DNA from: Candidatus Sumerlaeota bacterium
GTDB taxonomy: Bacteria; Sumerlaeota; Sumerlaeia; Sumerlaeales; Sumerlaeaceae
NCBI GenBank assembly: GCA_026398535.1
Contig: JAPLSQ010000031.1
Span: 4,165 to 68,164 of the forward strand
Direction of reading: 5' to 3'
Length of the DNA stretch: 64,000 bases
A model generated the notes under the pieces. That model worked only from the letters and a program-made list of their open reading frames with translations. It searched no databases and was not told where the DNA came from. Within the stretch, counting starts at the first letter, position 1; the number at the start of each line of letters is the position of its first letter. Below are positions 1-8,541 of this stretch, in pieces. Position numbers and translations under genes: made by a program.

Positions 1-172
1 AACCGGCGATAAGGCTTGACTGGTTCTGCATGTATCCGAAGACGATGTGGCTGCGATCAGGCCGGCCGGACACGGCGGCGGTGAGCAACGATGCGCCAGC
101 AACCATGAACAGCGCCATGCCGAAAATCAACGCGATATGATCCGCGAGTTTGGCCAATGCATGAGTTCTCAT
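1..172 (-). CDS. Partial secreted protein (5' end only; runs off the window)
   Basis: Manual translation from ATG at 172: MRTHALAKLADHIALIFGMALFMVAGASLLTAAVSGRPDRSHIVFGYMQNQ...; signal-peptide-like hydrophobic stretch; divergent from ackA. Confidence 0.55.
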   Translation of the reverse strand, partial: MRTHALAKLADHIALIFGMALFMVAGASLLTAAVSGRPDRSHIVFGYMQNQSSLIAG

Positions 173-297
173 TTTAAAATTATATCCCATTCAACCCCGC
201 AAGGGGGTGAACGCAACGCATAATGATTGGAAATACTTGCCAAACAGGCCTTCGCCATCCAATCTTCCCTCAATCTCAGACAGAGAGAAAAGGACAT

Positions 298-1530
298 ATG
301 AAAATACTCATCGCCAATCCGGGCAGCACATCCCTGAAGTTCAAATTGTATGAGTTCCCGCAGGAGACGATCATCGCGACGGGCAAGATCGAGCGGATGA
401 GCGAGGAGCAAAGCCCATACGCCATCAAAACAGGCGGCCAGAACATCAGCGGTTCGGCATCGTTGGCGGATTATGCCGCAGGCGCGCGATGGCTTTTGTC
501 AGTTCTGATGGGCGAGGCAGGCCTGCTCAGTCCGCATCCGCTTGAATCGCTCCATGATCTTTCGGCTGTGGCTTTCAAGGCGGTGCATGGCGGACGCTTC
601 AACACGCAACGAGGAGCCGTGGAACTGACGGACGAGGTGATTGCGGAAATGGAGCGGATGCTTCCAGTGGCCCGGTTGCACAACAGCGCCTATCTGCAGG
701 CTATCCACGCATTTGCCGCCGCGGCCCCTGATATTCCGCGATGGGCGCTCTTCGAGCCGGCTTTCCATGCGACAATCAGCGGGGAAAAAACCACCTATGG
801 GCTGCCCATCGAATGGCGCGAAAAGCATGGTGTCCGCCGATACGGCTTCCACGGGGCATCGCACCGCTACATCGCCGAAAACGCGCCCAAAATCATGGGA
901 TGGAGCCCGCGGAAGACGGCGACCGAGGGCATCGTGAATTGTCATCTGGGCGGGTCGTCGTCGCTCTGCGCCATACGCGACATGAAATCCGTGGACACGA
1001 CGATGGGTTTCTCAACGCAAACCGGCGGAATTCCCCACAGCGCGAGATGCGAAAATGTTGACGCGTGGGCCGTGCTCTTTATGCAGGAAACACTCGGATT
1101 ATCCACGACCGAGATGATGGAACTGTTATGCTCAAAAGCGGGCTTGAAGGGCATATCCGGTCTGTCCGGCGACATGCGCGATCTGTGGGAAGGCAGGGAT
1201 AAGGGGCACAAAAGAGCCTTGCTGGCGCTGGATGTCTGGGCTTACCAGGTGCGCCGCGACATCGCATGGATGACGGCCGCCCTCGATGGCATGGGGGCGC
1301 TCGTCTTCACGGGCGGCATCGGGGAAAACGGCGTCAGGGATCGGGCGCTGATTTGCTCGGGGCTTGGTTTCCTTGGCGTCAAGCTTGATCCCGCCAAAAA
1401 TGAGGCTGTGCGGGGAACAGCCGGCAAGATCAGCGCGCCGGACTCCAAGACCGAAGTCTGGGTCATCCCGACAAACGAGGAGCTCATCGTAGGCAGGGCA
1501 ACCGCACTGGCCCTGCAGGCAAAACAATAA
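298..1530 (+). CDS. ackA: Acetate/propionate kinase family (ASKHA), atypical subfamily
   Basis: MKILIANPGSTSLK, YGFHGASH, HLGG, TTMGF, FTGGIGEN and IPTNEE motifs; AAAGGA RBS before ATG 298. Confidence 0.9.
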   Translation: MKILIANPGSTSLKFKLYEFPQETIIATGKIERMSEEQSPYAIKTGGQNISGSASLADYAAGARWLLSVLMGEAGLLSPHPLESLHDLSAVAFKAVHGGRFNTQRGAVELTDEVIAEMERMLPVARLHNSAYLQAIHAFAAAAPDIPRWALFEPAFHATISGEKTTYGLPIEWREKHGVRRYGFHGASHRYIAENAPKIMGWSPRKTATEGIVNCHLGGSSSLCAIRDMKSVDTTMGFSTQTGGIPHSARCENVDAWAVLFMQETLGLSTTEMMELLCSKAGLKGISGLSGDMRDLWEGRDKGHKRALLALDVWAYQVRRDIAWMTAALDGMGALVFTGGIGENGVRDRALICSGLGFLGVKLDPAKNEAVRGTAGKISAPDSKTEVWVIPTNEELIVGRATALALQAKQ

Positions 1531-1601
1531 TAGAAGCGGGACGCGGCGGAAAACTGTCTTGCAACATCCAGGCGGGGCGTGCATATTGCCCTTGCGTGGT
1601 T

Positions 1602-1620
1602 CACCACAGAGACACAGAGA
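1602..1620 (+). repeat. Short REP-like element CACCACAGAGACACAGAGA between convergent genes
   Basis: CACAGAGA tandem unit in the ackA/oppF gap; resembles recalled intergenic repeats associated with GxxExxY genes. Confidence 0.35.
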
Positions 1621-1642
1621 ACTGCGTGGCGGGAACTGATCC

Positions 1643-2602
1643 TTATAAAAGGTGACAGGCGGCAAAGTGGCCGTTGCCCAGCTCGCGCAAGGTGGGGTGC
1701 TCGCGACAGCATACGTCCATGACATGCGCGCATCGTGTGGAGAAAGGGCATCCCGGCGGGGGATTGGCGGGGCTCGGCATGTCCCCCTTTAACGATACAT
1801 TACCTGTTTTTCGCTCGGCGCTCATGGAGGGAACACTGGCGAGAAGGGCGCGGGTGTAAGGATGAGCGGTTCGCTCAAAGATGGCCTCGCCGCCGCCGAT
1901 CTCCATCATTCTGCCCAGGTACATGACCGCCACCATGTCGCTGATCCGCTCGACGACCGCCAAGTTGTGTGAGATGAACAGGTATGTGAGACCGAACTGA
2001 TGCTGAAGGTCCTGAAGGAGCTTCAACACCTGAGCCTGAATGGAGACATCAAGGGCGGACATAGGCTCGTCGCAAATCAAAAGATCGGGTTTCAGCGATA
2101 ACGCCCGCGCGATGCAGACCCGCTGAAGTTGTCCGCCGCTCAACTCCCCCGGATAGGCGTTGAACGCGTCCGGCGGCACGCCGACCGTGGCCAGCAATTC
2201 CCGGACTTTATTCTCCCACTCGCTCTTCTTTCCAATCCGGTGAATGCGGTAAGGTTCGGTGACAGCCCAGCCAATCGAGCGTTGCGGATTGAGCGCTGAG
2301 TACGGGTCCTGGGGAATGAGTTGCATTCTGCGGCGCAATGACCGCATACCGCGCGCTCCCAATCCGGTGATGTCCATGCCCTCGAAGAAAATGCGGCCGC
2401 TGGTCGGCTCGGCAAGGCGAAGGATCATTCGGCCGACGGTTGTTTTGCCGCTCCCGCTTTCACCGACGAGCCCAAGGGTTGCGCCCCTTCGCATCCCGAA
2501 GGATATGCCGTCCACGGCCCGGACGATTGTGCCTCTGAAATGGAAATATTTCCGCAATGCCTCAACCCTGAGCAAATCACCATTGGCGGGTGTGCTGTTC
2601 AT
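1643..2602 (-). CDS. oppF: Oligopeptide/dipeptide-type ABC transporter ATP-binding protein
   Basis: GESGSGKT Walker A, LSGGQLQR signature, LICDEP Walker B, C-terminal HPYT...GCPFSTRC Fe-S tail. Confidence 0.92.
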   Translation of the reverse strand: MNSTPANGDLLRVEALRKYFHFRGTIVRAVDGISFGMRRGATLGLVGESGSGKTTVGRMILRLAEPTSGRIFFEGMDITGLGARGMRSLRRRMQLIPQDPYSALNPQRSIGWAVTEPYRIHRIGKKSEWENKVRELLATVGVPPDAFNAYPGELSGGQLQRVCIARALSLKPDLLICDEPMSALDVSIQAQVLKLLQDLQHQFGLTYLFISHNLAVVERISDMVAVMYLGRMMEIGGGEAIFERTAHPYTRALLASVPSMSAERKTGNVSLKGDMPSPANPPPGCPFSTRCAHVMDVCCREHPTLRELGNGHFAACHLL

Positions 2603-3615
2603 GGCGTCGCGGGCATCCCCTTATGCAACCAGCAGGCGCTGGCGTGATCAGCGGTGCACTGAAATATGGGCGGCGTTTCCCGCGCGCAGATTTCCATCAG
2701 GCTGGAACAGCGCGGATGAAAGGCGCAGCCTGAGGGCAATTGAAGCGGATCGGGCGGGGAGCCGGGGATCGGGTCGAGCGGTTCCATTCGGCGCCCCAAC
2801 CGCGGGGAGGATTGTAACAATTTTCGCGAGTACGGATGAGCAGGCTCGCGCATGAAAACGCTGACCGGCGCGCTTTCCACGATTCGTCCCGCATACATCA
2901 CGATGATGCGTTCGCATACCTCGGCGACCACGCCAAGATCGTGCGATACAAGAAAAACGGCCGTCCCCCTCTCCCTGCGCAGACGGGCGATCAGACGCAG
3001 CACCTGCATCTGCACGGTGACATCCAACGCTGTCGTGGGCTCATCGGCGATCAGCAATTTGGGGTTGCAGGCCAGCGCCATGGCGATCATCACCCGCTGG
3101 CGCATGCCGCCGCTGAATTGGAATGGATATTCCCAAAACCTTTTCCCGGGATCTGGAATTCCAACCAGCTCCAGCAATTCAAGGGCGCGTGTGTCGGCGG
3201 CGCGCGCCGTCATCAGGCCATGCCAGCGTAGTGGTTCAGCCACCTGCTCGCCAATCCTAATCGTCGGATTCAGCGAACTCATCGGGTCCTGAAAGATCAT
3301 GCCGATTTCACGCCCGCGGATGCCGCGCAGCGCTGTTTGGTCCATCGCGGCAAGGTTCCGCCCCTCAAGAAGCGCCTCACCTGTCACGGTGCATCCCTGC
3401 GCAGGCAAGAGTCCCATGACCGCGAGCGCGCTGACGCTCTTGCCGCTGCCGCTCTCGCCGACAAGACCCAGGCTCCCGCCCTTGCGCAGACTGTAGGAGA
3501 TGCCATCAACCGCCTTCAGAATCCGCCGCCGCGGTTCGCGCATTTGAAAATGAACCGCCAGATTCCGCACTTCCAGCAGATGCCCTTTGCCGACGGACTG
3601 TTGTGTAAAGGTCAT
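2599..3615 (-). CDS. oppD: Oligopeptide/dipeptide-type ABC transporter ATP-binding protein
   Basis: GESGSGKS, FSGGMRQR, IADEPTTALD, HPY..GCAFHPRC; ATG 3615 follows AAGGGGG RBS. Confidence 0.92.
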   Translation of the reverse strand: MTFTQQSVGKGHLLEVRNLAVHFQMREPRRRILKAVDGISYSLRKGGSLGLVGESGSGKSVSALAVMGLLPAQGCTVTGEALLEGRNLAAMDQTALRGIRGREIGMIFQDPMSSLNPTIRIGEQVAEPLRWHGLMTARAADTRALELLELVGIPDPGKRFWEYPFQFSGGMRQRVMIAMALACNPKLLIADEPTTALDVTVQMQVLRLIARLRRERGTAVFLVSHDLGVVAEVCERIIVMYAGRIVESAPVSVFMREPAHPYSRKLLQSSPRLGRRMEPLDPIPGSPPDPLQLPSGCAFHPRCSSLMEICARETPPIFQCTADHASACWLHKGMPATP

Positions 3616-3617
3616 GC

Positions 3618-4466
3618 TCAATCCCCCTTCCTGTTCATGCTCAGCGCGTCCTGAAGTCCGTCGCCGAGGAAGGTGAAAGCCATGAGCGTGATGGTAAAAA
3701 GGACGGAGGGAAAGACAAGGAGGTGAGGATACGAGCGCATCGCGGCGGCGCCATCAGCAATGATAGTGCCGAAGGAGGGAATCGGCGGTTGCACGCCCAT
3801 ACCGAGTATGCTCAATCCCGACTCGACCATCATCCCGCCGGGGATCGAAAATGTGATGGTGACGATCAACGGCCCCAGCGTGTTCGGCAGGATATATTTT
3901 GTGATGATATGGAAACCGCTGGCTCCAAGCGACCGCGCCAGCTCGACATATTCCAGCCCTTTGACCGAGATCACCTGCCCGCGCATCAGCCGAGCCATCC
4001 CCACCCACGAGGTGGCGCCAACCGCCAGGAACATCGTCGGAAAACCGCGTCCAAGGCCCGATACAAGGATGATGCTGAACAGAAAGGAAGGAAAGGCGAA
4101 CACGACATCGGTGAAACGCATGATGATGAAATCCGTTCTGCCGCCGGCATAACCCGCCCAGGCTCCGAGAAATCCGCCAATCAGCAGACTCAGGAATGTG
4201 CCTCCCAGCGAAATGATGAGCGCGTTGCGAAGACTGTAGATCAGACGGCTGAAAAGGTCGCGCCCCAAATCGTCGGTTCCCATCCAGTACTTGAGACTCG
4301 GCGGCTGGTAGGAAGATTCAGGCCCCAGATGAGCCTCATTGTATGCGTAAGGCGTGATATAAGGCGCCAGCGCCGACACCGCAACCAATGCCGCCACGAA
4401 AACCCCGCAGACAAGCGCCAGACGGTTGCGGCTGAGACGCGTCAACACCTGCCGCCAGTAGCCCAT
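3618..4466 (-). CDS. oppC: Opp/Dpp-type ABC permease
   Basis: MGTDDLGRD, EYVELARSLGAS (EAA loop), six hydrophobic segments, GDGLQDAL. Confidence 0.92.
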   Translation of the reverse strand: MGYWRQVLTRLSRNRLALVCGVFVAALVAVSALAPYITPYAYNEAHLGPESSYQPPSLKYWMGTDDLGRDLFSRLIYSLRNALIISLGGTFLSLLIGGFLGAWAGYAGGRTDFIIMRFTDVVFAFPSFLFSIILVSGLGRGFPTMFLAVGATSWVGMARLMRGQVISVKGLEYVELARSLGASGFHIITKYILPNTLGPLIVTITFSIPGGMMVESGLSILGMGVQPPIPSFGTIIADGAAAMRSYPHLLVFPSVLFTITLMAFTFLGDGLQDALSMNRKGD

Positions 4467-4468
4467 GA

Positions 4469-5482
4469 TCAGCCCCCCTCATTCCGCAGACGCGGATCAA
4501 TGATCCGGTATGAAATGTCCACGAGAAGGTTCATGATGCTGATTGTTGCGGCCAGAAACATTAGCGAGGCGATCATTAAGGGGTAATCGCGATCCGTGGC
4601 GGCCGTGGCGAAATAACGGCCCAGCCCCGGTACACGGTAGATCGTCTCGATCCAAACCGTGCCGACAAGCATCGTCCCCACCTGCGGGCCCATCACGGTG
4701 ATCAATGGGATAAGGGAGTTGCGAAGGGCGTGATTGCCGATGACCGCCATCGGCGATCCCCCCTTGGCCCAGGCCGTTCGAATATAGCTCTCGTTCATGG
4801 TGGTGATCATGCTTGTGCGCATGTAACGCACGATGATCGCGATAGGCGCTATCGCCAGAGCCAGCACCGGCATGATAAAATTCCGTCCATGCCCCCAGCC
4901 GCTGGTGGGCAGCCATCCCAAATACACTGAAAGCAGAAGCTGCAATCCAAGGGCGATCACGTAAGGCGGAATACATTGACCCCCCATTGCCAGCGTTACG
5001 CATGTCCGATCCATCCATGTGTTTCGTCGAAGCGCCGCCAAAATGCCCAGCGGCGCTCCTATCAAAAATGCCACCGCCACGGAGAGCAGAGCCAGTGAGA
5101 AGGACACGGGAAATCCCTCCCGAATCATCGTTTCGATCGTCCGGTTCGGATACCTGAATGATGGGCCAAAGTTGAACGTGACGGTGTCTTTGATGAAACG
5201 GACGTATTGCACGTTCACCGGTTTGTTGCTTCCAAAGCGGTCTTCCCATTGCCCCATGATCTGCTGCTGGGTGACCTGATCGCCGGCGATGAATCCCTGA
5301 AGCCGTGTGACATCAAGAAAATTGCCCGGAGCCGCGTGAATCAGCCAGAAGGTGATGTAGCAGACAACCATCAGCACAAGGACCACGCCAATCAGCCGTC
5401 GGATGATATAACCGGTCATCGTGTTGCCGAAAGACTGAATCATTCGCCCTATCGCCCGGGCGTATTGGCGTATGCCCATCAT
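4469..5482 (-). CDS. oppB: Opp/Dpp-type ABC permease
   Basis: YIIRRL, FGPSF, YIRTAWAKG EAA loop, RDYP, DPR C-terminus. Confidence 0.92.
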   Translation of the reverse strand: MMGIRQYARAIGRMIQSFGNTMTGYIIRRLIGVVLVLMVVCYITFWLIHAAPGNFLDVTRLQGFIAGDQVTQQQIMGQWEDRFGSNKPVNVQYVRFIKDTVTFNFGPSFRYPNRTIETMIREGFPVSFSLALLSVAVAFLIGAPLGILAALRRNTWMDRTCVTLAMGGQCIPPYVIALGLQLLLSVYLGWLPTSGWGHGRNFIMPVLALAIAPIAIIVRYMRTSMITTMNESYIRTAWAKGGSPMAVIGNHALRNSLIPLITVMGPQVGTMLVGTVWIETIYRVPGLGRYFATAATDRDYPLMIASLMFLAATISIMNLLVDISYRIIDPRLRNEGG

Positions 5483-7326
5483 CCATCGTCCTTCTTGCCG
5501 TTTTCGATGTTGATCCAGCGGTAGTACATGATCGTGGAGTTCAGATAGGGATTAAGAACAACACCATGGACTTTGGGCTGGATGAGCCACCAGCCCATCT
5601 GATAGGTGTATTGAATTGTCCATGCTTCCTCGTCAATTTTGAGCATGGCCTCGTTCAGCATATCATTCTGGCGCGATGCGTCCTTCTCAGTCGCGATCTC
5701 TTTGGCTCTGTCCAACAGCCAGCGGCATGTGGGACCGACTTTTTCCGTCCGGTAAAGATCGATTTTCGCGCCCAACTCCTCCAGGCGTTTGCGTTTCTCC
5801 TCCTGCTTGCTTTCCTCGAGCATGCTGATGACATCAGAATTCTCCGTGCAGGTTTGCCAGAACTCCATCCGCTCCTTCGGGGGCATGTCCCAGAAGGGCA
5901 GATAGACGCTTGTGAACTGGCGGATAGCCTCCAATTGGCTGTCCCAAATGTAAAACACGGCCCCGTATGTGTATCCGAGATAGCCCGGCGGCTGAATCGC
6001 CGCGTTTCTGGCCGACCATACGCCCGGTTCCATGTTTTCAAGGTTCACTTTAATGCCCAGGTTATGCTCCCATTCCTCCTTCAGGCCGGCCAGGATGGTG
6101 ATCAGCGGCGGCCCCTGGGTGGGAACCATGATGTTGACGACGGGACACTTCCCGCCGGTGGCGGCTTCAGCTTCCGCGAGGAGCCGGCGCGCCTCCACTG
6201 CATTGAATGCAAGACCGCGTTCCTTGACGTGTGACAGGACAGGCGGGACGAAATCGGTCAGCGGGACATAGATTCCCTTGGCAACGGTGTTGACGATTTT
6301 GGGGAGGTCGGCGCCCATCGTCAGCGCGCGCCGGAACCGCGCGTCCGACATAATCGGGTGTTGCGTCTTGACAGGCATAAGGAAGTGCACCGTGCTTGTG
6401 GGCGAGGTGACAAGCGCGCCACTGAGCCTGGTGTTGCGGAAACAGTATCGGATGTCCGGAATTGCTCCGGCTGGTGTAATGTCCACCTCGTTGTTTTCAA
6501 AAGCGGTCACGCCGCCGGCCGCATTGAGCAAGAGAATGATGCGGTCAAGGTTGCCACGTTCACCGCTCCAGCAGGGATTGGGCTTCAGACTCATCGAACT
6601 GTTGAAAAGCCACTTCTCGACGATATAGGGGCCGTTGCAGACAAAGTTGCCGGGTTGCGTCCAATCCTTCCCCTGCTTCTCGCAGGACTCGACGACTTTT
6701 TTCGGAACGGGAAGGCAGACGGGGTGCAACAGGGAATCAGGGAAATCCGGCGTTGGCGATTTCAGCGTGACGCGCAATGTCCAGGAATCAGGCGCTTCAA
6801 TGCCTATCTGTTCGGGCGGAATGTTGCGGCCCATGCCGAATTCCTGGAAGTTGCGGATGAAACGCAGACCGGAATTATACCACCATGTGCCGCCGGCTAT
6901 CCTCGGATTGCCGACCCGTATCCACGCATACCGGAAGTCTTCCGCCGTGACAAGATCGCCATTCGACCACCGGCGGTCTTTGCGCAGATGGAATGTGTAA
7001 GTGAGCAAGTCCTCTGAAACATCCCATCGCTCCGCTGCCGCGGGCGCAACCCGGAGGTCGCGCGTGAACTCGACCAGTCCCTCGAATAACGCCTGCTGGG
7101 TGATGAACGTGCCGGTGAAATAGCGCGGGTCTATCGTTGTGACTGTATTGCCGTCAACCCGCAGGACTTTCTCGCCGGGTTTGACCACGTCGAACTCGGC
7201 CCCCTTCTGGCGTGTCGCCGCATAGACGGACCAGACCAGAATAAAGAGCGTGACGAGGCCAATCCCGTAGAAAGCCAGAAGATCCGATTTGAAGAACCGT
7301 CTGACCATGTAGGCAAGGTCACCCAT
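5479..7326 (-). CDS. oppA: Family 5 (OppA-like) solute-binding protein with N-terminal membrane anchor
   Basis: LFEGLV, AAERWDVSEDLLTYTFHLR..WSNGD.VTAEDF family-5 signature, NGPY, FENNEVD; N-terminal TM helix. Confidence 0.88.
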   Translation of the reverse strand: MGDLAYMVRRFFKSDLLAFYGIGLVTLFILVWSVYAATRQKGAEFDVVKPGEKVLRVDGNTVTTIDPRYFTGTFITQQALFEGLVEFTRDLRVAPAAAERWDVSEDLLTYTFHLRKDRRWSNGDLVTAEDFRYAWIRVGNPRIAGGTWWYNSGLRFIRNFQEFGMGRNIPPEQIGIEAPDSWTLRVTLKSPTPDFPDSLLHPVCLPVPKKVVESCEKQGKDWTQPGNFVCNGPYIVEKWLFNSSMSLKPNPCWSGERGNLDRIILLLNAAGGVTAFENNEVDITPAGAIPDIRYCFRNTRLSGALVTSPTSTVHFLMPVKTQHPIMSDARFRRALTMGADLPKIVNTVAKGIYVPLTDFVPPVLSHVKERGLAFNAVEARRLLAEAEAATGGKCPVVNIMVPTQGPPLITILAGLKEEWEHNLGIKVNLENMEPGVWSARNAAIQPPGYLGYTYGAVFYIWDSQLEAIRQFTSVYLPFWDMPPKERMEFWQTCTENSDVISMLEESKQEEKRKRLEELGAKIDLYRTEKVGPTCRWLLDRAKEIATEKDASRQNDMLNEAMLKIDEEAWTIQYTYQMGWWLIQPKVHGVVLNPYLNSTIMYYRWINIENGKKDDG

Positions 7327-7445
7327 CAGGCGTCCACCATGTTGCGCACACGGTCAGTCTCATGAATGGGCCAGCCCCATTCCAGCGCGCCAACCATGCG
7401 GATCGCTTCTATAAGGCCTGCCCTGTTCGCGCGTGTTAACTTCAT
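7326..7445 (-). CDS. Putative 39-aa small protein
   Basis: MKLTRANRAGLIEAIRMVGALEWGWPIHETDRVRNMVDA; GAGG upstream; its TGA overlaps the oppA ATG (TGATG); fills an operon gap. Confidence 0.35.
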   Translation of the reverse strand: MKLTRANRAGLIEAIRMVGALEWGWPIHETDRVRNMVDA

Positions 7446-7474
7446 ATCGTTCAGCCTCAGACTGTCCCGCGGGG

Positions 7475-8461
7475 TCAGTCGTTTTTCGCCTCTTCAATCA
7501 TTGCCGCCAGGTTCTCCACGGGAACATCGGGCAGGATCGCCTCGTGGCTGGGCGAGACAACGTAGCCTGGCCCCAGGTGTTTCTTGTTGTGTCTTACGGC
7601 TTCGCGAACCTCCCGTGGCGTTCCTTTGCGCAGCAGATAATGCACGTCAACTCCGCCGACAAAAAGCAGCTTCCCGCGAAACTCACGGCCAAGCTCCTCC
7701 ACGTTCATGCCCGCGGCCGAAACCTGAACCGGATGCAGCGCCTCGATTCCCATGTCGATCAGATCAGGAATCAGTTTGCGAACCGAACCGCAGGTGTGCA
7801 GCCACACATGGATCCCGTAGGAGTGCGCCTGCTCGATCAGGCGCATCATGCCCGGCTTGATGAATTTCAGGAAAAGCTCGCGGCTGAAAAGGATGCCGTT
7901 TTGCGTGCCCAGATCGTTCCCAAAGAAAAAGAAATCAATGAGGCCGCCGGCTTCCTTGAAAACCTTATCATTGACGGCATAGTGGAAATCCACAAGGCGC
8001 TCGGTAACCGCTTCCACCAGCGCCGGCTCATCGAGCATCTTGATCAGGTAATCCTCGCCGCCCAGAAGGTTCCAGCAATCATGAAAAAAAGGCGACCAAC
8101 TCCCCCCATAGACCGCGGAATCTTTCGCCGCGAGACAGCTTTGCCGTGTCGCGCCAACATCCGCGTGTTTCGGATCAGGCCACGAAAAAGTTTCCACTTC
8201 ATGCATTGTCTCGAGTTTCACCAGGCCGGTTCTTTCAAAATCAAAAACCCATCTTTCATTGGGCGCGCGCCAGTGATAACTGTCAGCATAACGGAAATCA
8301 TCGCCCACCACGCGAAGAAGACTTTCGCGGTCAGCGGCTCCGTAATAGTCTTGAAGATTTGCAAGAACTTCCGGTTGGGGATGCCCCAGCCACAAAGGCG
8401 TCCGGTCCGGCTGCTTGTGCGCCAGAGCTGTCAATACTCGCTGCTTGGAGTTCATCAACAT
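7475..8461 (-). CDS. Uroporphyrinogen decarboxylase / MtaA-CmuA-like family protein
   Basis: MNSKQRVLTAL.H.QPDRTP, NDLGTQ, HTCG, GGVDVH.LL..GTP.EV, SPSH..LPDVP.EN. Confidence 0.85.
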   Translation of the reverse strand: MLMNSKQRVLTALAHKQPDRTPLWLGHPQPEVLANLQDYYGAADRESLLRVVGDDFRYADSYHWRAPNERWVFDFERTGLVKLETMHEVETFSWPDPKHADVGATRQSCLAAKDSAVYGGSWSPFFHDCWNLLGGEDYLIKMLDEPALVEAVTERLVDFHYAVNDKVFKEAGGLIDFFFFGNDLGTQNGILFSRELFLKFIKPGMMRLIEQAHSYGIHVWLHTCGSVRKLIPDLIDMGIEALHPVQVSAAGMNVEELGREFRGKLLFVGGVDVHYLLRKGTPREVREAVRHNKKHLGPGYVVSPSHEAILPDVPVENLAAMIEEAKND

Positions 8462-8541
8462 CTTTCTTCATCTGAGTGCTATTATGATGTATATGTGTTT
8501 ATCGGACCCGCCTGATATTAAGCCGAATTGCCAGAATCCCA

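Noticed and set aside
7433..8515. 360-aa plus-strand ORF
   Set aside because: Antisense shadow of the URO-D-like gene with no recognisable motifs
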